Assembly: GCA_973895155.1 (NCBI GenBank)
Contig: OZ316896.1
Coordinates: 1,922,001 to 1,986,000 of the forward strand
Length of the DNA: 64,000 nucleotides
From: Marsupella aquatica
Taxonomy: Eukaryota; Plantae; Marchantiophyta
Reading direction: 5' to 3'
Below, one piece after another: positions 1 through 13,857 of this stretch (positions within the stretch are counted from its first letter, which is position 1; each line of letters starts with the position of its first letter). The translations under genes and the position numbers were made by a program. The notes under the pieces were generated by a model that was not told the origin of the DNA, made no database searches, and saw nothing but the letters and a program-made list of their open reading frames with translations.

Positions 1-183
1 ATTAACTCTGTGCGGTGTCTTGTTGTTGTGGCAACGAGTTAGTAATAGTTTCATGAAGAATCTACATACAAGAAGGTTGTAAGAGTGCGTGGGAACGCGT
101 CAAGGGACCAGCCTTTTGCATTTAATGCTGCTTCTTGGATGGCTTTAACTTCCAACTAATCGTGAAGTTTGTGTTTCTTGCAG

Positions 184-1826
184 TCCAGCAATTGAAAGAG
201 TATGATTCGAAAAAGTTGGTGTCCGCAACTAAGGAGGTAAGGAAGGCTCCACGGACAACCTGATTAATTTTCAACTAAGTTTGCATCCGTTTGTCCCCTT
301 CTATGTTAGTTTCAATAACATACTATCGGAGAGGGAGCCGAAGCGGATAAATATGATTTGGACAGAGTATGATTTATCATTTCAGCTCCTGCTAAAGCGG
401 AACAGCAGGTTCGTTCAACTTTCTCTGTTGGTCCTATTGGCTGCAGGGTTTAAAGCTTGATGAGACACCTGAAGAACGTAAGAAACGAGAGGAGATCACA
501 GCACAATGGGAGAGTCTTTGCAAGCTTGTAAAGGTGCAGGCTCATTCTGATGTTGCTGCTCTCAGAATGTATATTGATTTGGAGAATGTGCTGTCGGTTG
601 GTCAATAGCGGTGATGATGTTCGAATACTCGTTGACATGGGCTTTCTATTGCAGGAAATACTAGGCGATAAGGTTGAGAAGGTTCTGATTTCAGATCGCA
701 TAGTGGATTCTCCGTGTTGTTTAGTAACTGGCGAGTAAGTTCTCTGTCTACCTCTACTACGTGATTAGGTGTGGATTTTGTGTGTTTGATTTGTCACTGA
801 TATTTCGCGAGATGCAGTTCTCCTTGTACAGCAAAAGTTGAATTCTTTTAAACATCAGTTGTCTGCAATTGTTGTCACGGTGTATTCGAGAGCGGTGCAA
901 AGATACTCGCCTCTCATCAGACTGAAATCCTGGTTTGCGAACCCCCGCTTTATAGATAGCTAGGGAGCGTTCGCTGAGATTGTACGTTACTGCCTCTGTT
1001 CCACGTTATAGTGATCGATCAACAAGGCTTCTTTCACAAAATTTGATATTTACTTGTGATAGTTGGCTTTGCTCAGACCAAGATTTTTTACCTGATGCCA
1101 AAATATCTGCATAATGCTAGCTCTTGTGGGCAGCAATAATCTTCACAACGCTTGTCGCTCACAGGTATGGGTGGAGTGCCAACATGGAAAGGATTATGAA
1201 AGCTCAAGCATTGCGGGACAATAGTATGAGCAACTACATGAGCAGCAAGAAAACTCTGGAAATTAACCCTGACAACTCCATTATGATCGAGCTACGGAAG
1301 CGTGCAGAAGTGGACAAAACTGACAAGACAGTGAAAGATCTTGTTCTTTTGCTATTTGAAACTGGTAATGGCTTTTATCTCTGCAGCTTCTCATTCCGCA
1401 GCCTTAGGTCAATCTCCTTTCGAGCAGAAATTAATGGATACGATCGTTTGGAGGAGATCTCATCTTTTCTTCCTCTTTTTCCGACGGGACCGAGCCCGCG
1501 ATCTTTCGTCTCATTTCTTGCAATTGATGTTTGCAAGTTACGTATCTGTGGCCTGAAATCATGGCGGTAGTACGTAGGTCCTAATTGAACCCTCTCAGTA
1601 TGTTACCTAATATGTTTTGGAATGAGGTACTTGTTACTTCTCTGCAGCTCTTTTGACTTCTGGATTTAGCCTGGATGAACCCAACACATTCGGAACTCGG
1701 ATCCATCGGATGCTGAAGCTTGGGCTGAGCATTGATGACGATTCCACTGGAATCGAGGATGAAGCTGAAATGCCAGCACTCGAAGAAGACGTCGATGAGG
1801 GAAGCCGTATGGAAGAGGTGGACTAG
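184..1826 (+). CDS. HSP90: Cytosolic HSP90, 3' part (gene starts upstream of the window); exons ~184-236, 447-533, 655-734, 1165-1364, 1648-1826
   Basis: GT-AG joined exons read [17 protein letters not shown]|[10 protein letters not shown]...|[27 protein letters not shown]|[18 protein letters not shown]...|[30 protein letters not shown]...MEEVD*. C-terminal MEEVD marks cytosolic HSP90. Confidence 0.96.
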
Positions 1827-2876
1827 AGAGTATTTTGAAGCAATTCGGAATCCACCTGGTCTGTCTGTGCAATAAGTGTTCTTCTGAAGAGATTAGCAGG
1901 CAGGTGGTTAGTCAATCAGTCACCAACGTAGCTACCCAAGGCAAAATTTAGTATCTTCTGGGAAGTGTCTGCGAATCTATTTGTGATCAGCAGACGCTGC
2001 ATTCATGAACATCAATTGAGCTCTAACTGCCAGCTTCATTCGAGGGAGAGTTCGTGGTGGTCTATCCTCGAGGATTCAGTATAGGTTCTACTGGACGGAA
2101 ACATACGCAGGAGGGCATTAGCGGCCCGGTGAAAGTCAAGATAATTGAAGGCAGGCTAAACAGTATTGTCTAACTTGTAGTATTCCAATTTTGGTAGATA
2201 TATTCAGCTTACCGTTAGAATGCACTAGCTCACAGTAGTGTGAGCTTTTGTTATGGATGAAGTTGATCAAAACAGACAATTTCAGATAAACAGTAGAGAG
2301 AACAATGACAGATATTTCAAACAATGATTTTGTAACGAGTAGATGAAAACAATTCACGGGATGCTCACTTGGGGGCCCGGTTCGCATTTCGATGCGCAGA
2401 ATCTTCACGATTGTCACTAAATCAAGGCGCTTTTGAGTCAGGGCTCTATGGTTATAATATTCTTCTTGTGCCTCGGTTCTCGTTTCCAAAACCAATCGCC
2501 AATTAATGCTTAATTTATGCATTTAAAGTTTTCACGTAGAACTTGCTCCACATGTACAACGAGACTGCATTATAAACAGCAGATTGCAGTCAACAGATTA
2601 TCTCGCAGTTGACTGCCCGGCAATGGCAAGACGCCTTCTTTTAGAAATCGGCTTTCCAAATGATGAGTCGGTCCGCAACATGGCAGCTCATAGAAATGGC
2701 CAACAAAAGTGATGCCCTATAAAAGTGATGCCCGCTCGTGACTGTGTTGAACGCTCGAATACGTCATGATTGATGAGCTCATGCACTACAACAGCTCGGG
2801 CAGAACTATGGTAAATTGATAATCATCACTGGAAGGACTAGATACAATTTGTCATATGACAAGGATAATGCAATGC

Positions 2877-5800
2877 TCAAGCGAGTGTCGGGTCCCTGTA
2901 TGTCTTGAAAACAGTCTCTACGTCATCTGCTATCTCCTGGGCGAGAGGTCTGGGTAGTTGGAACGCAGAGATGTTTTCCTTTAGTTGATCCAAGGTTGTG
3001 GCTCCTATGATTGTGCTGGTCATAAACGGACGATCTCTACAGAAGGCGAGAGCAAGTTGTGTAAGAGTGAGATTGTGCCGTTTCGCAACCTCTGCGTATG
3101 CTTCAATTGCTTCCTGCAACAAACATCCAGCGTATGGTTTCGTCGGAACTTTAGAAGACAATTCCATGCAGAGGGAAAACGGAAGAAACCTGGACAAAGG
3201 ATTTGTATGGCCCAAAACTGAAATGGACATGGGTAGATTGGATGACAGGCCTTACTCGTGCGCGGGGACTGTTGTAACGCATCATGTAGCCCTTAAACAC
3301 AAAGAACCTTCCGCGCTTGGCGGCATCAGTCTCCAAGTCTATGTATTTTCCGGACAAAGCACCCCCTGCCAAAGGTGAGAATGACAGGAATCCAACATTT
3401 CCGTGCATCGGAGCGCAAACCTCCACCAAGTCCACTGTACACAAGGAAATATAAATTTTACGGGTGTTAATTGAGTTTCAGTGAGTTCCCAAAATACTCT
3501 TTATTATAGGATAGGAGTGGAGTAGAAAGTGAGAGGGAACAGCACAAGGAAGTAAAACAATAGAGTAGTGAAATCAAGCCACTTTGATTGCAGAACACAA
3601 ACTTGTAAATTCGTAGATAAACTCTGTAGTCTTTGTGTTATTCTGAGAACAGCTGTGTGTTGAGAAAATGGATACGAAAAGCGATCCCACCTTCCGAAGG
3701 GCAACGGCAAAGCAAATTGTAATTGTTTTGAATGCTGACTATTTTCGGGAGCCCAGATGTCTTTGCTGCTTGAAGGAAAGAAGAGACACCATATGATGTC
3801 TCGTTTGAGACTCCAATGTAGCGCAACTGTATTGCGGACAGAAGAAAAATCAGCAAACCCCACTGGAATAAATTCCCACCTCAGCCATGAGATTCCTTAA
3901 TTACCGTATCAAGATTCTGGAAGACCTCACTCACTGGAGCCTACTGCACAGCGGCAATGAATCCTGGTGGAGGGTTGAATGGAAACACTCAATCGGGCAT
4001 TGAGAAATGAAGAAACCATGATCATCCCAAAGAATTATGAACGACACCCTCATTAGAAAGAATTCTCAAACAAAATCTATAGAGGAGTTGTTTGTCTGGT
4101 GTCCTTTTTGACCCAAATAGTAAATGTGACTTCTTTCGAATTGGATCTCGATCTCGAGTCTTAGTGACAAGAATAGAAACCTCCTCTGCAACCACACAGT
4201 AGAAAATATAGACGATATCATCTGGGTTCAAGGATTTGATTTACATACCTTTCCCTGTTGGATAAGGTCTTGAAAAGCCCCAAGCTGCTCCTCAAATGGA
4301 ACGCCGAGACGACTCTCATCGAAGTCGAACATCCACTTTCCGAACTTTGGCACATAGCGATCGGGCCTAATGCGAACAGTCCAACTCTGGTCAGGAAATC
4401 TAAAACTCAGACAGCGCGTCGTTGCTTTAAATGAAGATTCGTCGAACCACTTCGTAGATGGGGTCAATGTATTTCAGCCAGTGCCAGATCATCCACCATA
4501 GAAATACGTATAGCTCGCGAAATCAGATGAAAAATAGGAAGATGGAAGGACTCCATCAAGAGAATTCGTATGAATCGATTCAGGGGAGGTAGCATACCAG
4601 TGGATTTGAAGAAGATCAATGTAGTCAGTTTCCAGACGCTTTAAACTGTTCTCCACACTTTCCATGATTTGCTTGCGGTTCACTCGGACGGTTTCCCCAT
4701 TCCGGATATGTGTAAAATGCTCGGAGAATCCCGTAACTTTGCTTGCTACAATCACCTGTAATGATACAAACGACCACCTACCGGAGTGAACAACTTAACT
4801 CGGGAAAAATATATTTCTCTAACGTATTGGTCCCCTGACGCAATTGGGTTCCCCAGTCTATTAAGTCCAATCAACTCCACTCTCGTAGATTTCATTTGGA
4901 AAATAAAATAGTGTGCAAAGTCTTTGTGGACTTTCAAAGCAAAATGCTTGCTCACCTTCTCCCGAGGCATTGTCTTCAGCCAACCGGCTATAATTCTTTC
5001 AGTGTTTCCTTGTGTTTCCTTTTGAAACGGTGCAGGGTACTGCAGCCTCCCAGATTCACTCATATGTTAGTTGTTCTTGCGCAAATTGAAATGATGCTTG
5101 CCATGGCCCAGGACCCATGTTTTAAGGGCCTCCCAAGGATTACTGTAAGAAAAGGAAACATATAGATATGACAGTTGGGGAGCTAAACCCACAAAATAGA
5201 ATAAGAAAGTTGGACTATCCCGAACGCATCACGGTAAAGGAGGAATGGCCGTAGGCGACTGAAATTGGGATAAATTCAATCGATAGACGTCTAACAAACA
5301 CAACACCACTAATTAGCTGGAAGTCGCTCGACGTAGACAACAGGCGGGGAAGTTTTGAAAAAGGATTGGATAGTCAGACGCAACATGCGGTCATGAGAAG
5401 AATAAGAAATGAGCGAGTGGAGATCCTCACAGCCTCGGCGGTATCCAAAACATTGACGCCGTGGTCAAACGCGTACCCAAGTTGCTCTTGACCCTCCTTC
5501 ATAGTGTTCTGTTTTCCCCATGTCATCTGCGCGACTCATCACGAATTAATGGTACCGTGAGTGGATCGATTATGAATGCAGCCACTGAAATCGAGACAAC
5601 TCAGCTCATATCGCGAACAAGTCAATAAATCACGACTTTGAACGCAATGAATTAGACAATTAACTTCCAATTGCTTTGGGAATTCCGGCAATTCTCTGAA
5701 TGGACAATGCTGACATTCTCCGAAATTGAGCAGCTCGGTCCCCGGTTCGACACCACCAGAGATAAGATGTGATTCTTGAGCCAGGTAGAGTGTCCTCAGT

Positions 5801-6156
5801 AGCTCTATGGCATCATTCAACTTGTTCATGAACCAAGTTTTTTTTTTTTAATGTTTGAATCCCGCAAGCATTTGTTAGCGGGTTGTAACAAATATACAGT
5901 GTGCTTTGTTGTTCTAAGGCAGCGAGAAACTCACTGTGCCGAGCATAACCTCACTGATGACAAGGTCTGAGTCTCCCAGCTTGTTATACTGAAGAGCCTG
6001 TTGCCCTGGCGGAGCTGCAACTGCCCTGATGCTGACCAGACGCTGCTGAGTTTGGCTTTGGTGCGGCAATCCATGTGGAAAACTGGGTCGCACTGAGCTT
6101 GGTTTCGAGTTCACTGCATTGAAGCCTCCGGGCAGGACTGCTGCCATGGTGTGCAT
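2877..6156 (-). CDS. Aldo-keto reductase, Tas-like, copy 1 (8 exons, probable plastid transit peptide)
   Basis: Exons read YNKLGDSDLVISEVMLGT|MTWGKQN...DTAEA|YPAP...|VIVASKV...SLKRLETDYIDLLQIHW|PDRY...|LRYIGVSNET...QNNYNLL|...SPLAGGALSGKY|...IIGATTLDQLKEN. The AKR D-Y-K-H catalytic tetrad is present. Confidence 0.93.
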
Positions 6157-7329
6157 TGTTCTCTCTCTCTCTGCAGGAATAAAATGAATTCAACTGAATT
6201 TAACATCTCTATCTCATGTGCCCTCACCAAGCTGAATGTCTAGCTTCGCGTCCATTGTACTAACTGCCATTCTGCAGAAGATCAACAGCACGCGGCCGAG
6301 AAGAGCTCCTACATGGAGGAGGAGGAAATCCTGATTTGTTCTCAAGCTCGTTTCTTCTAAATGACCCCACTGAAAAAGATGATCTCTGGTCAATCAAGAG
6401 CAGAGCATTGCAGAACACGAGTAGATACTAACATTTTACGAACACTCGACCACACCGACAGACGTCACATACATCAAACAGACAAATTGATTCTCGCAAC
6501 GGGACGCAGTATCACAACGGCAAACAGAAATTAGCAGCAGCAATTTAGGAGAAGCCTGGCAACCGCCAGAGCCGAGAGAGAAGGCATCTACCTCACTTGC
6601 AGCAGAATGCCGGGCCAACCAACCGGGCCAACCAATCGCAATTCCAGCAGTTCAAGCAAGGATCCGAGGATAGTAGTATGACATTTAGTTCCACTGTAGC
6701 TCGGATGGCTTAGCTCGTTCCTTCCAGAAGCCATCAGAGGGCACCCCACTTCACCCACTCCAGGGACAGTCAGGCGGGAAAGCTGAAGCTCTTTCGAGAG
6801 CCAGAGGGACACAAATCACACTTCAAAAGCGACAACGAAGTCCTGATGCAAGCAGAGTACCTTTGGCTGGAATGGGGCCTACAGTGCAGCTCAGGCAAGT
6901 AATTTTCAACGACCACTGTTTTCATCAATTTTGCTTGTCCATCTGTCCTGCCTCTCACACAATCCCCACCAATAAAGCTCTCTGAGAAATGCCAAGGTGC
7001 TCACTGTAGTACCTTTTTGTGGCTACTTTTAGCCGAATAACCCGAATTCCACTTTCACGTGATATAGCCACTGAAATGCTTGAGTACAGTAGTTACTTTA
7101 GCCACACTCCTTCCTCCAATCATCCCTTGTTAGCCAATATGGCGTGTCAAACCTTCTATCATTTCTTGTTAGCCAAATGATAGCCAAGAAGGCGTGTCAC
7201 AGTAAAAGCGCAACTGTACATGACAAAACCTGGAGTTTCACCATTTTTGGTACCATTTTCCTGAAATTGTGGCGGAAAGTCTCACCCTAGAGGACAAAAT
7301 GTGAAAAAGTGACACTCCTTTTATATGGA

Positions 7330-7970
7330 CAGTGGTCAGTGGTGGGCCCCTGGAATTTTTAGCCCCTGGAAATTTACAGGGGCTAAATAACTCCTTCTCA
7401 CTAGGAAGGAATTAGTGGCCAATGATTACAATTCATATAAGGGTGTGTCAAAACAGGGCTATAAGAGAGGTATGGCCAAGGGCATAGGATGGTTATGAAT
7501 GGGACAAAAATCTCATGGGCTTCTTATATAAGTGGGCTTCTTATATAAGTGGGCTTCCTATATAAGTGTGCCCAGGCAAGGATCAGAGGTTCAAAAAGTC
7601 ACAAGAACTTGCTTATGGCAAAAAATTCATGGGCTTCCTATATAAGTGTGCCCAGACAAGGATCAGAAGTTCAAAAAGTCACAAGACCTTGCTTATGGCA
7701 GTGCTGGGTCAGATTTCCAAAAAGCCAGAGCCATTATGGCACTACTTTGACGTCATGGCACACTTTGCATTATGACACTACTTTGACGCGCCCTATTGGC
7801 TAAAAATAAATCTAAAAAGTCACAGTCATAAGACCTTTCTTATAGCAATGATCGGTCAGATTTCCATAAAGTCAGAGCCATTATGACAGTACTTTGGACT
7901 TTAACCACCACTGATGGCCCCTGGAATTTTTAGCCCCCGTAAATTTTTAGCCCTTGTAAATTCGTGTAGC
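7330..7970. repeat. Internally repetitive, TE-relic-like segment between the AKR paralogues
   Basis: gggcttcttatataagt x3 (~7518-7567); two ~80-bp copies of ...aaggatcaga(g/a)gttcaaaaagtcacaaga...; direct repeat gcccctggaatttttagccc at ~7346 and ~7917; short inverted tcagtggtgg/ccaccactga. No TSD found. Confidence 0.5.
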
Positions 7971-9004
7971 AATTGGCCCACTCCATACACCCACGCACAC
8001 TCCAATCCTCCCCCACACCTGGTAGGAGAGGGGGCTTTGAAAGAGAGACCTGGCCAGCTGAGATTTCATGATTTCTGCATTGCCAATTTGGAAGTTGACA
8101 CACATAGGGACTAACATGGACCCAAGCTACTTGACAACAGAAGTGAGCATTCATACAAAGTAAATCTACTATATATATTCAAGTAACGAGGTCCATTTGG
8201 GTTGTCATGAACCATTCACTCATCTAACTAATAATTCACGATCAAAAACTATTATCTGGAGTCTAAGATCTAGATTGAAGCCTATATACCATGACTCTGG
8301 ATGGTGACAATACAATTACACTCCAGAGCCTAGGGTCTAGAGTGAAGCCTCCGGGTAGTGACAAGTTCTGGAGTGAGACACGGAAAGCAACCATGGGCCT
8401 GTGCAGAGTTTGGGCAGTCAAGCAAGTGTTCTTTAATAAAAAAATGGTAGTCCATATAGGCTTCCATTTCCAATTTGGACACAAACAGTTTGCCCATACA
8501 AGTGAATCACGATACTAATGATAATTGTAATAAAGATACCTTCTGCAATATAGACTACTAAAAAAGAGGTCGTGAATCATTTACAGTCCATGCTCTGCTA
8601 TCCCACGACACTACAGTGCATTCTCTCCCATGAGGAACATACAATTTTGGAGGGTTCGTCACAGTAAGATATGCCGTAGATTCTTTCCCAAAATTTCAAT
8701 TTGTGACACCGTGAATTTGCTTGCTAGGTGATAAGTTGAATGAGGGATCGTAGTTGACTCGTTGTGAATTACATTCACACATATTCTGTGCACGCTCACG
8801 CGGAAATCAATGGATCCATAGAATTGAGTGTTCCCTGGGGCCAGTGACAAGTGAATCATTGCCAGCTCCAGCCGGGGGAGTCAAGGTGCAGAGTGACGGC
8901 TTTAATATCCAACGCAGTTTGATAGTTCATGTGTCGAGTGACAGAAGCCTTGCAGTAAGGTAGCGACCCAAAATTTGGTGAAGAATGAGCACAGGTATTC
9001 ATGT

Positions 9005-12000
9005 TCAAAATAGAGAAGGGTCTCTGAACTTCTTGAACACGCTATCAATGTCGTCATTTATCTCTTGTGCAAGAGGTCTGGGGATTTGAAATGCGGAGAT
9101 GTTCTCTTTGAGCTGCTCCATGGACGTGGCACCAATGATGGTACTCGTCATGAATTGACGATCCCTACAGAATGCAAGGGCCAATTGTGTAGGTGTAATA
9201 TTGTGGCGCTTCGCAACCTCACAATAAGCCGCTACGGCATCCTGCAGCAGACGATTATCAGTTGTACAACCTCATCAGGGCTCTGTAACTCGACCAACGA
9301 AAACGCCTTCAATCCCACGTCTATGATGGGGTGTGAGGGTAACAAGAGGGACATGCTGATAATTAATTTTAATGCATTTGGATGCTGATATCTGCCATCA
9401 ACAACTTGTTACCAAACTCCGGACAAAAGAAAAGAGAAGCCTCGAAAGCTTACTCTTGCCAAGGACTTGTTGTATCGATCCATGAAGCCTGGGAATATTC
9501 CCAACCTTCCTTTCTTGGCCGTCTCAGCGTCCATGGTGATATACTTGCCCGTCAGAGAACCTCCAGCCAAAGGTGAGTACGCCAATAACCCAACATTTCC
9601 ATGCATCGGAGCACAAACCTCTACCAAGTCCACTGCCCACAAGAAAGCATACATATTAGAGATCGTAATTGAAACAATGGTCATCCAGAGTCGGAATGAC
9701 ATGGTCCCCCTATCAGATATTAAATTCAGTGGATATCCTAAATCGACGAAATCTACGATGAGAAGGGAACATAGAGTCCCCAGCATTTTTTAAGCGGCTA
9801 CCTTTAATGTCGCTATGACTTCACAATATACTGCAAATTGTGGGTACAGTAAAGTGTCACAACTAGAACACAGCAATTCCAGCGCACACACCAGACACTC
9901 CAGCAAGTTTAGATGTCTATCATCAAAATCTTGCGTTGAAAAACAATAAACAAGGTTGAGCAGTATTCTTAATCGGGGATTCTAGTCTTCGTACCTTCAA
10001 AGCGGGACCGGGCAAGCAAACTGTAACTATTTTGAATGCTGACTATCTTCGGCAGTCCCCGTGTCTTTGCTGCATAAAGAAACTCCATGACACCAAACGA
10101 TGTCTCGTTCGACACTCCGATATAGCGCACCTGCATTATGCAGATTGAGTTTTGAAAAATGCCACTGGAGGCTTTGGAATATAGATCTAGCTAAAGGCAT
10201 CCCTTCCGTCAGAAAATCCTAGTCAACGCGAAAAAATCCGACCTAAATCGTAAGAGGAAAGAGGATGCTATGATGGACGAGATCTCAAAATACAGTTCAA
10301 GGCATGGTCTCTGCCAGGGAGAATGAGCAGAAATAATCTCAAAAGCTGCCCAAACCAACCCTGGCAATCACGTTGCATCCTACTTTCCATCCAACTAATT
10401 AAAAGGTTCACAATAAAATCATTAAAGAGACTCGATTGTCCGTTGGACGGTCATACCTTCCCCTCTTGGATAAGTTCCTGGAAGACCTCAAGCTGCTTCG
10501 CGAATGGCACATAGTCACGGAACTTCTTGGCGTCGAACAGAGACTCTCCAAATAGAGGAGTATAGCGATCCGGCCTGAAAACCATGGAATCAGTGAGTGG
10601 GTCAACTCATCTATCTCCAGCAACTTAAAGTAAACTCATTCCAAAATTCTAACCTTCCCCTTTGTAATAACTGCTAACAATAAGGACTCCAAGTAAGCGA
10701 AGAGACTATAAAAGGAGTCAGAGACTAAATGGGCTTGTTAAATTAAAATACCAGTGGATTTGAAGAAGATCGATGTAGTCAGTATCAAGCCGCTTGAGAC
10801 TCTTCTCCACACTCTCCTTAATATTCTCACGATCCACACGAAGAACCTTCCCGCTATCACGAAGATGCGTAAGTCTTTCGGAATACCCAGCTACTTTCGT
10901 TGCTACAATCACCTACAGTTATCAAGGGTAGGGCAACGTCATTTCGAAATCCCTCTCAGAGAGTAACATATCATCCCAATGCAACTGAGTGGGCAACCCT
11001 TGGCCGAAATTCCCAAAAGTAGAGAGAGAATTGCTGACCTTATCGCGGGGCATTGTCTTCAGCCAGCCGGACACGATGCGATCTGTTCTCCCTTGCGTTT
11101 CCTTGTTCATTGGTATAGGATACTAAAACCTTCCAAACACGTTTGAGCATTCAGTATGCACGGCCATTGCGACACATGGCTGACGGTCTCCAAAGCCTAT
11201 TTATAATTCAGATAGCTAAACTTCGTGTCCTATATCGGATTTGAAAGCCATGGATGAACTTGCAGAACCTTTACAGTGAATGAATAACTCGCCATGGCCA
11301 CCAATTCAATACACTAGAGACTTCTAAGAGGGCAGGAAGGGCAGAGAACAGGGAGACACTTTGGAAGAGAGGAGCAGCAGAATGTTGGAGCGAAAGGAAC
11401 AGACGCGGCATAGTGCACAACAGAACTTAGAGGAAAATTGCGGTTGAGACAGCAGATATACTCACAGCCTCGGCAGTATCCAAAATGTTAATGCCGTGGT
11501 CGAAAGCGTAAGCAAGTTGCTCTTGACCCTCCTTCTCCGTGTTTTGGTTTCCCCAAGTCATCTGCTCGATCCATCAAAGCTTTAGCAACTATCGTAGCAG
11601 CTCAAAAAGCAATAGACAAAAGCCCATCGAGGAAGCATCGCCAGGAACTGCGGTAGAAATTCACAAATGCATGGAAGAAAAGATTGGGAGATCATAATCT
11701 CCACAGCTAGGTCTCACAGTCCATATCGATAGGTGAGCTTCACACAGACTGAATCTATGTGTCTCAAGCTGGTTGATCAAAAGCTCAAGGAGAAAGGAAT
11801 GGCAACTCAGTCACTACAGTAGTACCGATGGCTATACTTTGCAGGTACTCACCGTGCCTAGAGTAATCTCACTGATGACGAGGTCGGAGTCCCCTAATTT
11901 CCGGTACTCGAGGGCGTCAGCCTGCTTCGTCGGCGATGCAACCACCGCTCTCACCCCGCCACTTCTGTATTGGACATGGCGGACGTGTGGCAAGCCATGC

Positions 12001-12110
12001 GGAATTCTTTCTCGGAGACAACTCCGCTTCACGTTAGCTAAACCCAAGCCGCCAGGCGCCCGGACGACTCCCAGACTCTGCATTATCGTTTCCATGCCTG
12101 CGAACGACAT
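9005..12110 (-). CDS. Aldo-keto reductase, Tas-like, copy 2 (8 exons)
   Basis: Same exon structure and motifs as copy 1: YRKLGDSDLVISEITLGT, DTAEA|YPIP, SLKRLDTDYIDLLQIHW|PDRY, SPLAGGSLTGKY, last exon ...FRDPSLF* with stop at 9005-9007. Confidence 0.93.
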
Positions 12111-12477
12111 CACACGAATTCCTCTCCTTCAATCAGCCACAGACCTCTGCCTGGTCCGAATTCTCACAACGGCAAAGCGGAATCCGCAGCGAGAGAATAA
12201 AAAGCAAAGAATAGCAATTCACCACGGAGAATAGAACGCACTCTGGACTTCGAGCGGACTGTGAGCTTACTCCGTCCTAAGAATCGAGATTCAGCGCGTT
12301 CCTTCGCTGAGCACAAACGAACAGAATGATATGTAATTCAGGCTCTGAGCCGAGACGCTGTGGCACAGAAGAAGGATCGCAGGACGAATTCCTCCCCAAG
12401 GTCCAAGTATCGGAGAAGAGAACCTGAATTGAATTTTGCAAATCTGATGGAGCGGGGCAGAATGGCAGATTGTTCCT

Positions 12478-12716
12478 CCACTGTTGGAGGAGCAGAGGTT
12501 CCGAACAGGATGCCTCAGCCAACTCTGCTCTGCTCTTTTCCTCACTCCAATTTTCATCCACTGTTCGAGGAGCAGACGTTTCGAACAAGATGCCTCAGCC
12601 AGCTCTGCTCCACTCCTCACTCCAATTTTCATCCACTGTTCGAGGAGCAGACGTTTCGAACAGGATGCCTCATCAGCCAGCTCTGCTCTGCTCTGCTCCA
12701 CTCCTCACTCCAATTT
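12478..12716. repeat. Three-copy ~75-80 bp tandem repeat upstream of AKR copy 2
   Basis: Unit ccactgtt(g/c)gaggagcaga...gaacaggatgcctcagcc...cctcactccaatttt starts at 12478, 12558 and 12633. Confidence 0.85.
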
Positions 12717-13365
12717 GAAACGTGGGAGAATTATTCTCGTTGAGATACGATGCCAACGAAGGGCTGACAGCTTCGTTCAAGAGCGATCAAAGGATGTACT
12801 GTACCTTTTTTTTTATCGGATGTCCCCGAAGGAACAGGGAACAAGGATGTACTGTACATTGCGAAACAGTAAAGGCTTTCTTGAGTTTTTTGCTTTGTGA
12901 GGATTTATTTCCTGTCTAACCCACCTTGCTTTGAGTTCCCATTATCTAGACATATGTGTAAAATCCTGTTTGTTTAGAGTGCATTACCATGGGTTATAAT
13001 GCCCTTAAATAGCCACTACCAGTAGCCATATAAAAGGGGGAAGTGTCCTAGAATTCTCCCTTTCTCACATTCCACTCATTATTCTCCTCTACCATGCCAT
13101 TTTGCTCCACAATTTCAGCAAAATGGTGCTATTAAAGTCATGGCTAATGGTGGTCTAAACATGAGAGCTTCAGCTCTAATTTTGAGGGGTTATTATTGTC
13201 CATAATGTTACTAACTTACTACACTTAAAGTTCTGAGAGATTTTTCTTTTTCTAAGTTTAGTAGAAATAGAGAAGAATCTTCCAGAATAGGTGATCCAGA
13301 TCATGAAGGGGCAATATGCTCCTAGAATGCCCTGGAAAATACAAAGTGAACATTTGGGAAGGGCA

Positions 13366-13690
13366 TGTCACACCATTCTAGGTAGTGTTAGAGTGTCTCG
13401 TACTATCTAGATCTGTATGTTTGGTATGTGTGCTATATGAGCCGGTAATGTTCTATCAGGTTTGTGTGAGAGGGTACTTTTCACTTGTGAGGCATTGAAA
13501 GGTCATCTTTCAATGTTGAGCCTTGGAGAGGGGAGCTTGTGTGGTGGCTATGGTGGCTGAGAGCTTTCTCTATGTAGCGTGGATTCCTTGAGTGCAAGGT
13601 GCGTTGGCTCGACATATGTGTGTGATCGGATCGGACAGGATTGAGTGCGTATTGTTGGCCTCGATCGTTGTTTCGATTGTATTGAGATTA
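13366..13690 (+). repeat. Terminal repeat A1 (325 bp)
   Basis: Aligns without gaps to 22475-22799 with 8 mismatches counted by eye. Confidence 0.95.
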
Positions 13691-13701
13691 CATTGAAAGA
13701 T
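13690..13701 (+). promoter_or_regulatory. Putative self-priming primer-binding site (Tf1/sushi type)
   Basis: acattgaaagat, directly after A1, is the exact reverse complement of atctttcaatgt at 13505-13516 inside A1. No TGG-starting tRNA PBS is present. Confidence 0.6.
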
Positions 13702-13857
13702 CAGGAGCTTCAAACTCTGTTGTGCAGACAGAAGCTCAGTCTGAGTTTGTCGTTGATGATTTGCGGTAAATCGAATCGATTGGAGCTGTGGAGCTGTTGT
13801 TTTGATCCGTGGTACCTCGGATCGTGGAGTGGATCGCCGGTATTTCGATTCGCTATA

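Noticed and set aside
8165-8560. Helitron starting at TCTACTATATAT (8165)
   Set aside because: No matching hairpin plus CTRR 3' end was found.
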